Shown: in pieces, positions 1 through 13,089 of the stretch
Numbering within the stretch: the first letter of the stretch is position 1
How the letters are laid out: every line of letters starts with the position of its first letter
The notes under the pieces: model-generated
Database searches by the model: none
Told to the model about the DNA's origin: nothing
Seen by the model: only the letters and a program-made list of their open reading frames with translations
Position numbers and translations under genes: made by a program
Source of the DNA: Podarcis bocagei
Lineage: Eukaryota
Reading direction: 5' to 3' (one strand)
Assembly (NCBI GenBank): GCA_964188305.1
Contig: OZ076893.1
Length of the DNA stretch: 64,000 nt

Positions 1-413
1 TGCAGATGGCAACTTCCAAGTCGTGCTTTCCCCAAGCAATGCATGGGGTGATCCCCATAATTATCCCCACAATTGTGCTATTTTCTTACCATATCTAGTC
101 TGGCACACAGTTGCAAGAGGAGGAAATACTTTAAATTGTAATAAGCTGTAATAGAGATCTGTAACTGAAAGAACCAGAAATATGAAGAGCACCACAAAGT
201 AAGTCAACATGTAAGTGTATATTTGCCACAGTTGTAAGACTATAATTTAGGGTTGTGATTATTTAGCAGTGTTTTGCACAAAGCACTTTAGTTTCAAGTT
301 GCAGTTATACATCTTTAATAAAAGTATTCTTCCTGTTGTCGTGGTAGAATACCTTGCTGTATGTGTTGGAGCATTAACCAGTAACTGTTTTATATTTCCT
401 GAACAGAAAACCA

Positions 414-471
414 GAGATGAGATGAAATGAGATGAGTTGAAATGAGATGAGATGAGATGAGATGAGATGAT
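414..471 (+). repeat. (GAGAT)n pentanucleotide microsatellite, imperfect
   Basis: gagatgagatgaaatgagatgagttgaaatgagatgagat... Confidence 0.95.
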
Positions 472-1478
472 AACTCTGATTGACAATTAAAATACAAGGC
501 AGGAAATATAGCTGCATAATGCAAACAGATCTCAATCTAATAAAAATCACTGACTAGGAATGAGAGATAAATATGGAAAAGTTCTGTGTGCAAATTGAAT
601 GTCAATGGCATTTTGATTAAGTCAATACATTGATATCCAGAAGAATCAGGAATGTTGCAGTAAATGTGATTGGAGGTGTTGATGATATAATGGCTGGCTT
701 CTATGAAGGCAAACTACCATGTGTATAAAAATTTGGCACAGCTTAATAATGCAGAGATCTGTTTCTTTGTGCTAAGCATGTAGCTTTGTGAAGCTGAAAT
801 AGCAATTATGCACTCTTAAAAATAGGTGAATGTTCATTATGTATAGAGAATATGACATCTAAAATACTATTACCCATTCAGCTTCTTTTGCTTAAAGGAA
901 AGGAGTAGCAAGTTGGTGTATTTTCTTTTATCAAAATCTGGCATTTCATCCCACTCATCCACCAACCAGTCACCATGATGGCCTTCTGTTTTCTGACTGA
1001 ACATATTGAAAATTACTCTCCCTTTCCTTTCCACCTTTGCAATGATGTAGGTACTTCTTTGTGATGTGATAATATATGGAGCAATGCAAACCCTTTGCCC
1101 TGATCAGCAGCCTTAACAAAAAGTTTGGGAGGCATCTTTATAAGGAACCATTTGATTTGAGAATTAGCTTTTAGGGATAACTTTTATCTTTCCCAAAATA
1201 GTGTTCCGTACTTTCAATTTCCACATTTGTTTCTAGGCAAAGGCAAACACTGAGCTATCTGGCCAACATCCCCAGTAATAGCACAGACAGCTGTTTCACA
1301 AGAGAGGATATATATTGAACTAGTCACCAAGGAAACCAACTGTCGTATAGCTTCCTAAGAAAATGATAAGCTTTGAGTGCATGATTTTTTTCACTCATGT
1401 AATTTCTGCTGGAATTAGCCCTACCTAGTCCTCAGACAGCTTCCTTCCCCAGACAGTTTCCACAAATTACGTAGAATG

Positions 1479-1608
1479 GGGTAACCAACTTGGTGCCACC
1501 AAGATGTTGTTGACTATAACTCATATCTATCCCAGCCACCATAGCCAATGATCAGAGATGTTGGGAGTTGTAGTCCAACAACATCTGGATAACATTTAGG
1601 GTATGGGC
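1479..1608. mobile_element. Degenerate palindromic hAT-type MITE (family of 57840-57975)
   Basis: agatgttgttgactataactc...gggagttgtagtccaacaacatct inverted arms. Confidence 0.75.
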
Positions 1609-1654
1609 TGTAGCCCCACATTTGATTTCTAGGTGTCTCTTGGGTAAAGTGACT

Positions 1655-2082
1655 GCCAGGACCATATAACACCAGTCTTAAAGAATTTACATTGGCTCCA
1701 AATACGTTTCTGAGCACAATTCAAAGTGTTGGTGCTGACCTTTAAATGACTTTGGCCCTGTATACCTGAAGGAACATCTCCACCCCCATCATTCAGCCCG
1801 GACACTGAGATCTAGCTCCAAGGGCTCTCTGGCAGTTTCTACAAGAAGAGAAGTGAAGTTACAGGGAACCAGGCAAACAGCTTTTGCAGTAGTCGTGCCC
1901 ACCCTGTGAAACACCCTCCCACCAGATGTCAAGAAAATAAACAACTATCTGGCCTTTAGAAGACATCTGAAGGCAGAACTGTTGGATGTCATATTGTGTT
2001 TTAATTTGTTGGAAGCCACCCAGAGTGGCTGGGGGAACCCAGTCAGATGCGTGGCATATATTAATTATTAATTAATTAATTA
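1655..2082 (+). mobile_element. L2-type LINE 3' fragment
   Basis: Decayed ORF2 end PVLKNLHWL...AQFKVLVLTFK; 3' end ggaagccacccagagtggctggg...cagtcagatg followed by a TAAT-rich tail. Confidence 0.85.
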
Positions 2083-2094
2083 AAGCTAAGAACG

Positions 2095-2200
2095 ACACCT
2101 GCCTGAAATGCTGGGAAGCCATTGCTAGTCAGTGTCATCTATACCAAGCTACATGGACCAATGGTCTTTCTTGGTATAAGGCATCTTCTTATGTTCCTGT
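2095..2200 (+). mobile_element. 3' part of tRNA-derived SINE with CR1-like tail
   Basis: Similar to 13240-13430 and 34142-34330 (ggaccaatggtct...ggtataaggca...cttatgttcct). Confidence 0.7.
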
Positions 2201-2391
2201 GGAAAACACCATGTTGGCTGTATCAAACCTAGCACAACTTTTTCAGTGAAAAAAAATGCATTAAGCACCTGAGATACATTCATGCTTAGGAAAATGAACC
2301 ACCATCAGAGACTTAAAAATGCCATACAGAGCATGCAGAGAGGTCAAGAAATAAGAACTGAAGTAAAAAATCCAAACTATGAGGTATACAA

Positions 2392-2766
2392 GCTGTGTTT
2401 AGACTAAACTATGAATGAGTTTTGGGTCTGTGGTCTTTTCTTTTCTGTCTCCTGCATGCTTGCAAGTAGAAGATACAAGCTTTTGCTTCCCATTTCAGCT
2501 AACTAAGGTTTACTGTAAGATCCAAATGTGGACAAACTGCGTTTAGTCTTAACTAACAGGTAAACAAATCAGTTTCAAGGTGTGGATTCTGATCCTGATG
2601 TTTCCCTAAATCACAGTTTGGGTGTACACATGACAACCGACTGGCTTGTTGAAAATGGAAGCAAAAACTTTCAATCTGCTGTTTGTGGTAACACTAGAGG
2701 AGGCCAAGGGGTGTCAAACGTTCACACATGCAACACTAAAACATGGCTTTATGTCTAAAGCCAGCC
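2392..2766. mobile_element. Old ~370 bp palindromic non-autonomous DNA element
   Basis: Ends gctgtgtttagac / gtctaaagccagc; internal arms gcttttgcttcccatttca / tgaaaatggaagcaaaaact. Confidence 0.6.
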
Positions 2767-3788
2767 CACAAAGTTGCTTTTTTGTTTTGCATTTTCTGCA
2801 ACCAACTTGGACTGTCTCCACCTGAGTGGAAGGGTAATGGTGGAAGTGCTGCTTAGCTCTTTTTCCTCCAGCTGTCTTTCATCTCAAATTGTCTTCTCAC
2901 AAGTTACTTTTTCACCCACAGTGGAAAAGATGCAGGGGCCCACAATCTCATTTTAGTCTTCTTTAATTGTTCATAGTATGTTTGATCCAATGTGCTTTGA
3001 TGTCTGATTTCAGGTGGATGACCATGATAGAAATGATTTTATAAATAAACAAAATCATGTCCTCTGCTGGTGAAAAGGAGCTTGAGAAGAGTGGTTTTGA
3101 GCAGAATGGATCAGAGGGAAATGTGTAAGCAGCTTTCTTTCACCCAGACTCATAGTCCGCTCACACTGTTTTGCATTTACAAAAAACAAACAAACATGGG
3201 AGATCACAGAATTCTATGAAATGTTTAGTGTGAGCCTAAATTACTATTTTTCTTTATTCATCTTTCTCCATTCTGGAGAATTAGTGGGACATATCCAACT
3301 CTCCTCACAGTTTCAGTGGAAGAGGCATTGTTCACTGTATCCAAGTATGATTGCCCTTTATTAACTCCAGTTAAACATCCCTTTTGGCAACTTGCCTGGC
3401 TCCTCTTGTGCATACGTTCATGCAAACAGATTTCAGGCTATGCTACACCTAGGACTTTGCCTCCTGGTACAGCTTCCTCCTAGACATACCTTTAGCACTA
3501 GCAAGGGTAGCAGGGCTGACCCTACCTTGGTGCAGAGTGTGCCCACCATCTCAATTTGCAGATTCTGGGATACTGGGGCAGGGGTCCAGCAGCAGCAAGA
3601 CATCATGGCTCTTCCTCCTGAGACCCGCTCCCCTCCAAGCCACCCCCTTTCAGTTGAAAGGCAGAGCTAGCCTGCTGACCTAAGATGTGGTGAAGTGTGT
3701 TGTTCCAACACCAATGTTGCCTTAAGATTCAATTGTGGAATTTCCTTGCTACAGAGATTGGTTAGTTGCTTGGTTGATTGATTGGATA

Positions 3789-4099
3789 TATATCCCACCT
3801 TTTTCTCCAAGGACCTCAAGGTGGCATCCATAGTTCTTTCCCTCCTTGTTTAATCCACACAACAATCCTGTGAGGTACGTTAAGTTGAGAAGAAGAAGAA
3901 GAAGAAGAAGAAGAAGAAGAAGAAGAAGAAGAAGAAGAAGAGTTTGGATTTGATATTCCACTTTATCACTACCCTAAGGAGTCTCAAAGCAGCTAACAAT
4001 CTGGCCCAAAGTTATTCAGTGCACTTCATGGCTAAGCTGGGATTGGAACCCTGGTCTCCCAGGTCCTAATCCCACATTCTAACCACTACACCACTCTGA
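3789..4099 (-). mobile_element. MIR/Squam3-like tRNA SINE with a nested SINE 3' end
   Basis: Reverse complement matches + copies at 42081, 47698 and 49670 (gtggtgtagtggttaga...gggagaccagggttc...); interrupted at 3888-4001. Confidence 0.8.
3888..3941 (+). repeat. (GAA)n microsatellite; (CTT)n tail of a minus-strand SINE end
   Basis: Pure GAA run directly followed by gagtttggatttgatattccactttatcactacc. Confidence 0.95.
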
Positions 4100-4121
4100 C
4101 ACCTTCAGTGTATAACTTTCA

Positions 4122-4732
4122 TTTAAAAAAAATTTTTTTTATTACATTTTACATAACAAGTTTCAGTTTAAACATATCAATCACCTTTACATTTAGGATT
4201 CTCAGAATCATTACATTTAGGATTCTCAGACTTCCCCCCACCCTTCTCTGCTTTCCATTGTCCATCTCTTTTTAGTCAACTTATTCCTTTCCCCCCAATT
4301 TATTATATGTTAGAAACATTTCCATTATATTTTGCCGTTTACAACTATTACTCTAATCCTGCCAAAGTTTTTAACTGTTTACAATGTTCTCTTAAATAAA
4401 CTATAAAGTTTTCCCATTTTTTCCTAAACTTCTTCTCGTCCTGGTCTCTGATTCTCTCAGTCAATTTCACCACTTCGGCGTAGTCCATCATCTTCATCAG
4501 TCATTCTTCTCTGATTGGAACTTTATCTTCTTTCCATTTCTCGGCCAGCAGTATTCTTGCTGCTGTCACCACATACATAAATAGTTTTTTTCTGCTCTTT
4601 CAGAATCTCTGTACCTAAAATGCCTAGCAAAAAAGCCTCCTTTTTTTTTCACAAATGTTGTTTTAAACATTTTTTCCAACTCATTATATATCATTTCCCA
4701 TAATGCTTTTGTTTCCTTGCACGTCCACCACA
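4122..4732 (-). mobile_element. 5'-truncated L1-type LINE with 16-bp TSD
   Basis: Minus strand reads WWTCKETKALWEMIYNEL...AFLLGI...TAARILLAEKWKE (ORF2 C-terminus). CAGTGTATAACTTTCA flanks it at 4106-4121 and 4733-4748. Confidence 0.88.
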
Positions 4733-5054
4733 CAGTGTATAACTTTCAGCATATGCTGAAGATGCACCTTTATACTCTGCCCTCTGACACCAGAGATGTA
4801 TGTTTTTAGGGCTTAGCCAATTCTTTGGATTGTAAATTGTTTTGACCAATTTTAATATTGTATTTTACATTGTGGTAGCTAGCCCTAACACCTTATGGTG
4901 AAGAGTGGGTAAGAAATATAAATAGCAGCAGCAGCAGCTACAATAACCGACGGCCTATTCAGCTGGCACTATCTTGGGTTGGCACTTATGTAGCCATTTT
5001 TGTTTCCATCATAGTCTTTCCTGTCCTTAGTAATGCTAGGTGATGAGAATAGTA

Positions 5055-5275
5055 CAGTGGTACCTCAGGTTAAGTACTTAATTCGTTCCGGAGGTCCGTT
5101 CTTAACCTGAAACTGTTCTTAACCTGAAGCACCACTTTAAATAATGGGGCCTCCTGCTGCCGCCGCACCGCCGGAGCACGATTTCTGTTCTCATCCTGAA
5201 GCAAAGTTTTTAACCCGAGGTACTATTTCTGGGTTAGCGGAGTCTGTAACCTGAAGCGTATGTAACCCGAGGTAC
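5055..5275 (+). mobile_element. Tc1/mariner (Tigger/pogo-like) MITE, right TIR clipped
   Basis: TA|CAGTGGTACCTC start; reverse complement of 39342-39567; ends gaggtac without cactg. Confidence 0.88.
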
Positions 5276-6029
5276 ATATGAATCTGACTAGCTGGGCCAG
5301 TGCTGTTAGGAAAGGCCGTCACATGGAGGAATAAGGGCTGAATTATTATTGTTTAACTGGACACAAACACTGCATAGTTTTTATATAAGAGATGTTGCAT
5401 ACTTCCTCATCACTCTACCCCACAAGGATGCTGTAACCTCAAGCCTGAAAGTAGCCTTGGTTGTACACATTCTGTCCCATCCCGTCTCCCTGAACTCTTC
5501 ATATCTCTCTTTTTTCTACAGCTATCTGTAATTTCACATGATGACTGTTGCCAAGATTCTAAAAGAGATTTACAGAGACAGTTCAGAACTGCATTCCAAG
5601 GTTGAAAAACAATTATTTTTGTAACAAAGTATCTGAAAGCAGCTTCTCGAAAGGGCTAATGGACACAGAGAGGACGAGAAGCTGACAATAATCTCAGTTC
5701 TATTTACAGGAATGTATTTTTCCACTTAACTCTTGGGGAATGTTGTCATAGGTTATTTATACAGATTGGCAAGTTGTCAGAAAGATGGGCTTTGGGGTTT
5801 TTTGGTCAATACAGAGTAGAATTGCTATACTGCCAAGCTTACAGAAAAGACAGAACTTAGGCTGATATTGGGATGGGTGGAGCATTTAAAAATGAGGGTA
5901 ATTCATGGCCTGTTCAGTCCAATTAAACTTTGGTTATGACCCTCGGTTTGCCATGGTTTACTGCTGTTTGTTAAACCAATGTGACATGGTGAAGACACAA
6001 GAAGGTGGTTTGCGGCTCTGGAGACATGT

Positions 6030-6385
6030 TCATAGAATCATGCAGTTGGCAGGGATCCAAGGGTCATCTAGTCCAACCCCCTGAATTGCAGGAAGCTCAG
6101 CTAAAGCATCCATGACAGATGGCCATCCAACCTCTGCTTAAAAACCTCCAAGGAAGGAGAGTCCACCACCTCCCAAGAGAGACTGTTCCACTGTTGAACA
6201 GCTCTTACCGTCAGAAAGTAGGTTTAGTCGGAATCTCCTTTCTTGTAATTTGAAGCCCTTGGTTCGAATCCTACCCTCCCGAACAGCAGAAAATAAGCTT
6301 CTTCCCTCTTCAATGTAACAGCCCTTAAGATATTTGTAAGTAACTATCATATCTCCTCTCAGTCTCCTGTTTTCCAGGATTGACT
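6030..6385 (-). mobile_element. CR1 LINE 3' fragment
   Basis: ORF 6138-6404 LENRRLRGDMIVTYKYLKGC...KLQERRFRLN is CR1 ORF2 C-terminus; ends in a (GATTCTAT)-type tail. Confidence 0.92.
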
Positions 6386-8682
6386 GAACTTTGTGACATG
6401 CCATAAATACATTCTCTCATCAAAGTTAACGGCAGTCATTTTCAAGTGTTCTTCTCATGTGTAAATGCCACACACAAGCAAGTTGAGGGGGGATGAGTAT
6501 GCTATGCTCCACCTTGACCTCTGTGTCACCATCCCTGTCACCTTCCAGCTCACAGAGAGTGGCCACAGCCACAACATACATTTAAAGCACTGTCATGCCA
6601 CTTTAAACAGCCCTGGCTCACTCCTCCTTTCTCACATGTAGAGTTTGCATTTGAGGGGAATGACTGTGGAGGGTTTGTGTCTTGGAAAATCTGGATTCAG
6701 CCAGGAGATTGTAAGTTTATGATCTTCCCCAGTATCTGTGATTTCTTTCTCAGATTGGTCATCACACCAGTCTGTGGCTTCATGGATCTGTTCATCACAC
6801 ACAAAGCCCCTTTATCGCATAAACTACCATTTCAGCTGTGCATGTGGATTCATCCTCTACCTGGTTTCATTGCAAACAGAGTGTGATATACCATATGCAA
6901 GAATCTGGCTCATCAAAAGACAGTATCTCTTACACACTCCCTTCTTTATTTTGCAATTTATAAGCAGTTTCACACCCAAAAGTCACCAAAGAAGCATACA
7001 ATGAGATAAAAAATAAAATGCTAACTTGCTTCTTTAGCTAGCAAATTCTGGTCACAAAGGGTGAGGGAGCAAGGTACCTAGACAAATGGGAGTTTTGAGT
7101 AGGAGATCCCACAGATGAGGAGGTGACCTTGACTAAACATTTACCTTTATTTCCTTGCTGAGCCAAGAAGCAATTGTAAAGCAATATGCACAGTGAATAT
7201 ATTATATAGATCTGTAAACCACAGGGCTCAAGCAGCATCACTTCAGAACTGAACTGAATTGAATTTTATTGCCCTTGCCGTCTGTGAGCAGAGCAAGGTT
7301 TTTTTTACTTACAATTAATACATTTGACATCTTTCAATAGTAGGGAATTGTGTTCTGATTGTCCATACAAAGTTTCATTCTGATGTTGTTCGATAGATAT
7401 GCTACATTACAGATAGGCACACTGAAAATGCCACACAAGGCTTGTTCACAGACTGTATTACAATGAACACAAGTATAAGCTGTCTCTACACATGTAAAAG
7501 TGTTGGTGGGAAATATTGTTCATTTTTTATATGCACAGCTCAACGCTTTGTACTTGTTGCATGTAACACTTGAACACTTCTGTGGGCACCAGAGGTGACT
7601 TTTCTGTTTTCTTGATCTCCCTCTGCATTTTATGGATAACGTAGTAATATGAGTATAACACGTAGCATTTGTTTGGAGCCATCTGGGGGTTTAAAATTTT
7701 CTAAAATATTAATCCCTGTATGTTAGGATGGCATTTTATAATCCATATTGTAGACATTGTAGAGAAGCTAGGGAGCTCAAGTTGCCTAGGTTTGTCTGCT
7801 GAATGGCTACCACAAGATAGAACTAGGGATTCCCTGCCCACATGCTTAGCTACTACACTGTTCCAGAATGTTATAAATTTTCATCAATGCAATAAACAGA
7901 ATAGGTCCAAAACAATAAAAAGAAAAAGAAATAGGATTGCATTTTGAAACAAAATGCCTGTCACTGACTGATTTCTGCCCACCTTCAATACTAATGTAAA
8001 TAAGTTCATGAAATAACAGCATATATTTAATCATGATGGAAATGCACACATTAACACAATTGGCTCCAATTGAAGTAGGTTTGCCCTGAGGGGAAGCAGT
8101 TCCATTTAGACAGGCTTTTTGTTTTCCTGTCCTTGACATTTCATATTGCTGGACTGGGTGTTTCTGGAGACCTCGTAATGAATAACAAGCAGCTGGTATT
8201 CCATTGCCATTGTTGTTTACCACCTATTTTGAAGAATTTTCCGGTAGAGAGTTAGTAACATTTCTGCATTCGTAATGTGAGTTAATCATATTGTTGATCT
8301 CAGTGGTGGAGAGCCTCTGGGCCAGAAGCCTAATTCAGTCTGCCGGGCCTTTCTGTTTGAGCCATGGTGTGGTTTGGTCCAAAATGCACCTACCAGTCCA
8401 TTGCTGGACATCATATGAAGTCTGGTGCAGGACAGGCAAACACATGGGGTTAATCTGAAAAAGAAGGATCAAGAGCACACTTTAAGTATGTTCCAGTTTT
8501 TCCTTTCCAGCTTATAATAAGAAACCAGTGCTTTTTTATCCTTTTGTGCCTTTTTCTGTCACTCTGTGTGCCAAATGACAAGCATGTTCCAAATTATACT
8601 TGGACTCTGCTCCCTGTTCTTCTTTTCCACTATAGCTGCAGCTTGGATTCAAGCTGTGGCAGCAAAGGAAGAAAGGAAGAAT

Positions 8683-8847
8683 CAGAAGCACACTTAGAGT
8701 TTTAGGGCAGTTCGGCCACACTAGGCACCGCACTGCAGGGGGTGCCACAACAATGCTGTAGAACAGAGCACAAGAGGCAAGTGGGTGGGTGAGTTTTAGC
8801 ATTGCACAGGGCGCTGCTGAAAATTGAGAGCCCAAAGTCCGCCAGTG
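8683..8847 (-). mobile_element. GC-rich MITE, same family as 61639-61801
   Basis: ttttagcattgcacagggcgctgctgaaaattgagagcccaaagtccgcca is the reverse complement of the start of the 61639 copy. Confidence 0.75.
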
Positions 8848-9102
8848 TTGAAGTGAGATTCCACTGCCTATACAGGAGGTTTCGCTACATAAAATAGGAA
8901 TGGTGCTGCCTTGTTCTTCACCTCGTGCAGCCTTCACCTTGGGCCAGCCCTGATTATATGGCTTAAAAAAAAAAAAAATCACAGATCATCATAGCCTTGT
9001 AGCATCAGGAAAAGAAAGATGCTGACTCTGTTACAAAAATAAGTTTCAAGAACTTTGGTAAAGATGGATAGGATGGGTGTACTCTGGTTTTGAATCAATA
9101 AA

Positions 9103-9290
9103 GAGTTCTGTGTCACCTTGAAGACAAAAGGAAAGGTATTGCGAGATAAACTCTTGTGGATGAGAACTCTGTTTCTGCCCTAAGTGGGCTCTCACCCATG
9201 AAAGTTTATTCTACAATAAGTTCATTACTCTTTATGGTTGCTCACAACTCTGTCAGGGATTTTTTCACAACAGCAGCATGACTAACCTTC
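9103..9290. mobile_element. Old Penelope-like element ends in inverted arrangement
   Basis: 9103-9170 is a diverged reverse complement of ~9186-9250; aagtgggctctcacccatgaaagtt resembles hammerhead stem II + GAAA. Confidence 0.55.
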
Positions 9291-12200
9291 CGGAACTGAG
9301 TTTAAATGAAGTGAGTTTGATGGTCATGCTTAATAATTTCAGGAAAATACATAAATTAATTTTGCACATTGACAAACATCACAAAAACGTATATTTCAGA
9401 ACATGTGAATTCACCGACCGCAGAGTAATGTTATCATGTGGTGGGTGGTTCATTAAGAGTTGACCAGTGTGATTAGCAGAGTCGTGTGATATATCTAGAA
9501 AGAACCATTTCAAACTTGGTAAAGATTAAATATCTGACCCAATGTAAAGAACAACACCTCTGTGCATATACAAAACTAACATGTTAGAGAGAATGCTAAC
9601 CTAGAACTGTGACAGGCTAGTTTCGTATGTACATTAATGCATTTGGGGGGTATTTTTATATTGCGGTGTGTTCAGACATTTGATTCCCCACCTGAAGCAT
9701 AAATCCCAGTAAGAGATAAATAAAGTGATGTAATGTAGCACAACTCTTAAGTTTGCTACCCCCCCCCAAAAAAAAATAATAATCAAATTCTTAAAGAATT
9801 CAAAAGTCGGGTCTTTCTGGGACTACAAATGCAGGATGTGTCTTTTTTTATTGTGGATCAGTTGCACAGCTGAACTGCACAGCACCTCTGCTCAGCTTGC
9901 CTTGATCTCTGGCAGCCAGCCCAGAGGAATTGTGAAGGATTTGAAGGGTCAGTACAGGTGGCACAGTTAATTTACACAGAGGAATGATGCAGACAACCCT
10001 GTGTAGCTTGGTGAGCTCTTTTATTCAAGTATTCCACATCCTCTTTTCACCACTCACACCCCCGCTATAAGTGACAAACTGGAATCAAGGGATTGATTTA
10101 GCTTTATAGTAGATATTCAAAGGGCTTCTTCATAAAAGAAATCACAGAAGCTTATTTCTACGAAAAACAATCTTCCAAGACGGTGAATTGGAGTCAGAAT
10201 TCCAAAAGTGGGAGTCTGCTCATGCACTGGAGATGTCCCACCCCGTTATTGTAACCCTCCTCACTCCCTGTAAAACCTCTTGTGTGGGGCATGAGAGTCC
10301 CCTCGGGAAAGGCTTGGGAGGGGAGGGGGTGTGCATTGAGCAGCTGCATTAGGAGGGCTGGATGATAAGCAGACTAGAGCATCTTGCCAAAGTAGAATGG
10401 CTGAGGGGCATCTTACAGTGGTCATACAAAAGCTGAGAATGGAAGGCTGAAATCCTATGCGCATTTATCTGGGGGCAGTGTCTGATTTATGTACAAACTT
10501 AGTAATCTACATTTCAGGGCCTCAGATTTTGAGGGCACTATAAATACTTTTTTAAAAAACTGAATTTCACGTTTTATATAATTGATTAAAAAAAATAAAG
10601 AAAACAGATACTAAAGCAGAAAAAATCATTCTGATAATGACAAAAGCATTCTATAAAACTGTATAATTATATGTCATATTGTGTTTATAAATCTGTGTGG
10701 AAATAACAATACCAAAATTTTATTAGGTCTGGTGTGCATCAGCTGTCAAACAGCATCAGTGGCCAGCTTCAGACTATGGGTTCTGAAACTTGACACCATT
10801 TAGGGCCACATGTCTTCATCAGGCACTGCCAAGGAATAAGCCCCACTGAGTACATGTGTGGGACTGGGCTGCACATGTGTGGGGAAATGGCAGGATCGCC
10901 AGGTGGTGGGGGCTGAGGGTCCCCAAAATTTTTCAAGGAGGGGGATGGCCTCACCCCAAATCCTGTGGCCCCGCTCCACCTCCTCCCTGCTGACGTCATG
11001 CGGGGAAGAGAAGGCCGAGCATGGAGCCCTGCTCTGCTTTCTCATTCTTCACCCAGCATGTGAGTGCCGACATCACAGCAGCAGGACACCCGCATCTGTC
11101 CCAGCCTGACACCTGAGCACTCTCGCACTATGTGGGGGTGGCACACTTGGAAAATGGGATATATTAGGTGTTTTCTCACTAAATCCTGATAACAAACAAC
11201 AGATTACCTGGTTGCCATATTTCTTTTAGTGTTTTACATCACTGAAATTCAGTTTACATTTTACATGGGCTGTGTCTTTTAGGTGTTGAGGGATGACTGA
11301 AGCAGGGAACCTACTCTGCTAGTGATCGCCCCAGTTCTGATTTAAATCCTGGAGGGTAAGGAATCAGTATTTTTTTTTTACAAAAAAAAACTAAAATCCC
11401 AAAGGTATCCAATGTTAGAGATAGAGAACCAAGCTACTGCTTCCTAAGGTATTAGGATATTTTCTTTTTCTTGCCAGTTGGGAAAATAGGCAGGGTTTAA
11501 AACAAAAAAGCATCCACATGGAGAGAAAGGAACCTAGAAATATTCTCTACAATCAGCAATATCCAGAAAAGCTTTTATTTCATGAGATGACCCTCAGATT
11601 AATTTTAAAACCCTGCTTTAAAAAAAACACCACTCTTCATTCTGAAGGATAAAATGATGGTGGTGGTGATGAAGAAAAACTGGGCAAGGGTTTCCTGATC
11701 TTTCCATCCTTAGCTTTCTAAATACAATATAAATACCGAAAAAGATAACTAAATCCCTTGGGAATCAATGGAAGCTAAATACCTAGTGAAAAAAAATTCT
11801 TCATGTACTCCTCCTGAGTATGTGTGGGAAATACTTGTGCCATTTCTGATTCTTATGTTATGCTTCTACTCTGTAGATCTCCCAGACTTGCCTGCTACTT
11901 GGCTTACCACTGGCTGCCTCGTCCTCACTACTTCAAGCTGAGCTGTAATGTTGTAAATTACATTTCTAGGAAGCAGTAAGAGTGGAAGTTATGTGTCTAG
12001 TTCAATCATGTAAGCCAGATAAGATGTGACAACTTTGGGAAAGGTTACATTTGGATCCGCAAAGCAAGAAACAAAAGATCTGCCTCAGTGCTGGTAATTG
12101 TCAAAACCTTGGCTTGCCTTAAAGCCTTCCCGAAATAGCCCAGGGAGTGGGCTGTTCATTTAATACCAGTATTTGGTGGTGGTGGGGATGTGTTGGTCTT

Positions 12201-12562
12201 CTTTTACAAAAAAAGAAGAAACACAAAACAATATATTGCATGCTGTGCTATTTAAACAACAACCTTTAAGCTGTTTAAAGGAGGAGAGTGCAAAGCGCTG
12301 GATTAATCTGCTTACAGCCCATATGGCCAGATGTTCCAAGGACGGTGGAGGAGTCACAGTTAACTTGAGTTCAAATGGCTCTCTCAACAAGAGGTCTTTG
12401 TTTCTTCTGATGAATCAAGCCGGATGGCACTTTTATCTGTTAAAGTTGGGCTCCCATTTGTCAGAGATAAATTGCAATGCAGCACGATCGCTTTATGAAG
12501 TGAACCACAGCAGCCATGAGGAGATAGCCACTATATATCTGACAGGTATAAAAGTTAGTGGC

Positions 12563-12760
12563 TGTCATGGGCCCTGTGGTGTCAGGCAGGATGGGGCAGG
12601 GGCACTGGCAGGATCTGTCAGAGGCAAAAGAAGAAGAGGATCTTGAGATGTGGGCGGACGGTGGATGTGGCTTAAGCAGTGACTGGGATGGGGGCTCTGT
12701 CTCAGGATTGCTGGACATCCAAGATGGGGAGAGGGAACCATCCTAGCTATTCCCTGCCTC
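12563..12760 (+). mobile_element. Possible decayed solo-LTR-like fragment
   Basis: Starts TGTCA, purine/GC-rich, compositionally like 33570-33870 and 57340-57640; no TSD confirmed. Confidence 0.3.
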
Positions 12761-13089
12761 ACCTTCTAAGAGCTATAGGCCAGCCCTTCCTATAGCTCAT
12801 CACCCTAATTTTTGTACTTCTACTATATTTACTTTGTTCTCCTCACCCTCTACTTTGTGTCACATCTTGCCTGAGAACTGGAGAACTTGAAAGCTTGCAA
12901 CATTTTCATGAATTTTGGTTGGTCCCAATAAAGGTGTTTCCCAATCGTGCATTTTGGAGTTTTTATACATTCTTTGTGAATCATCACTATTAATCATGCA
13001 AATTGTCACTATCTGTACTTCCTTTCATTTAAGTTCCCTCTGAGCTTGCAATCCACCCCCAACCACATGTCCTTATCACTCAGGAAAAG

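Noticed and set aside
3749-3961. Poly-Leu ORF resembling a signal peptide
   Set aside because: Translation of the (CTT)n tail.
10991-10998. Perfect CRE TGACGTCA
   Set aside because: Single 8-mer in a GC-rich, probably repeat-derived stretch; expected by chance in 64 kb.
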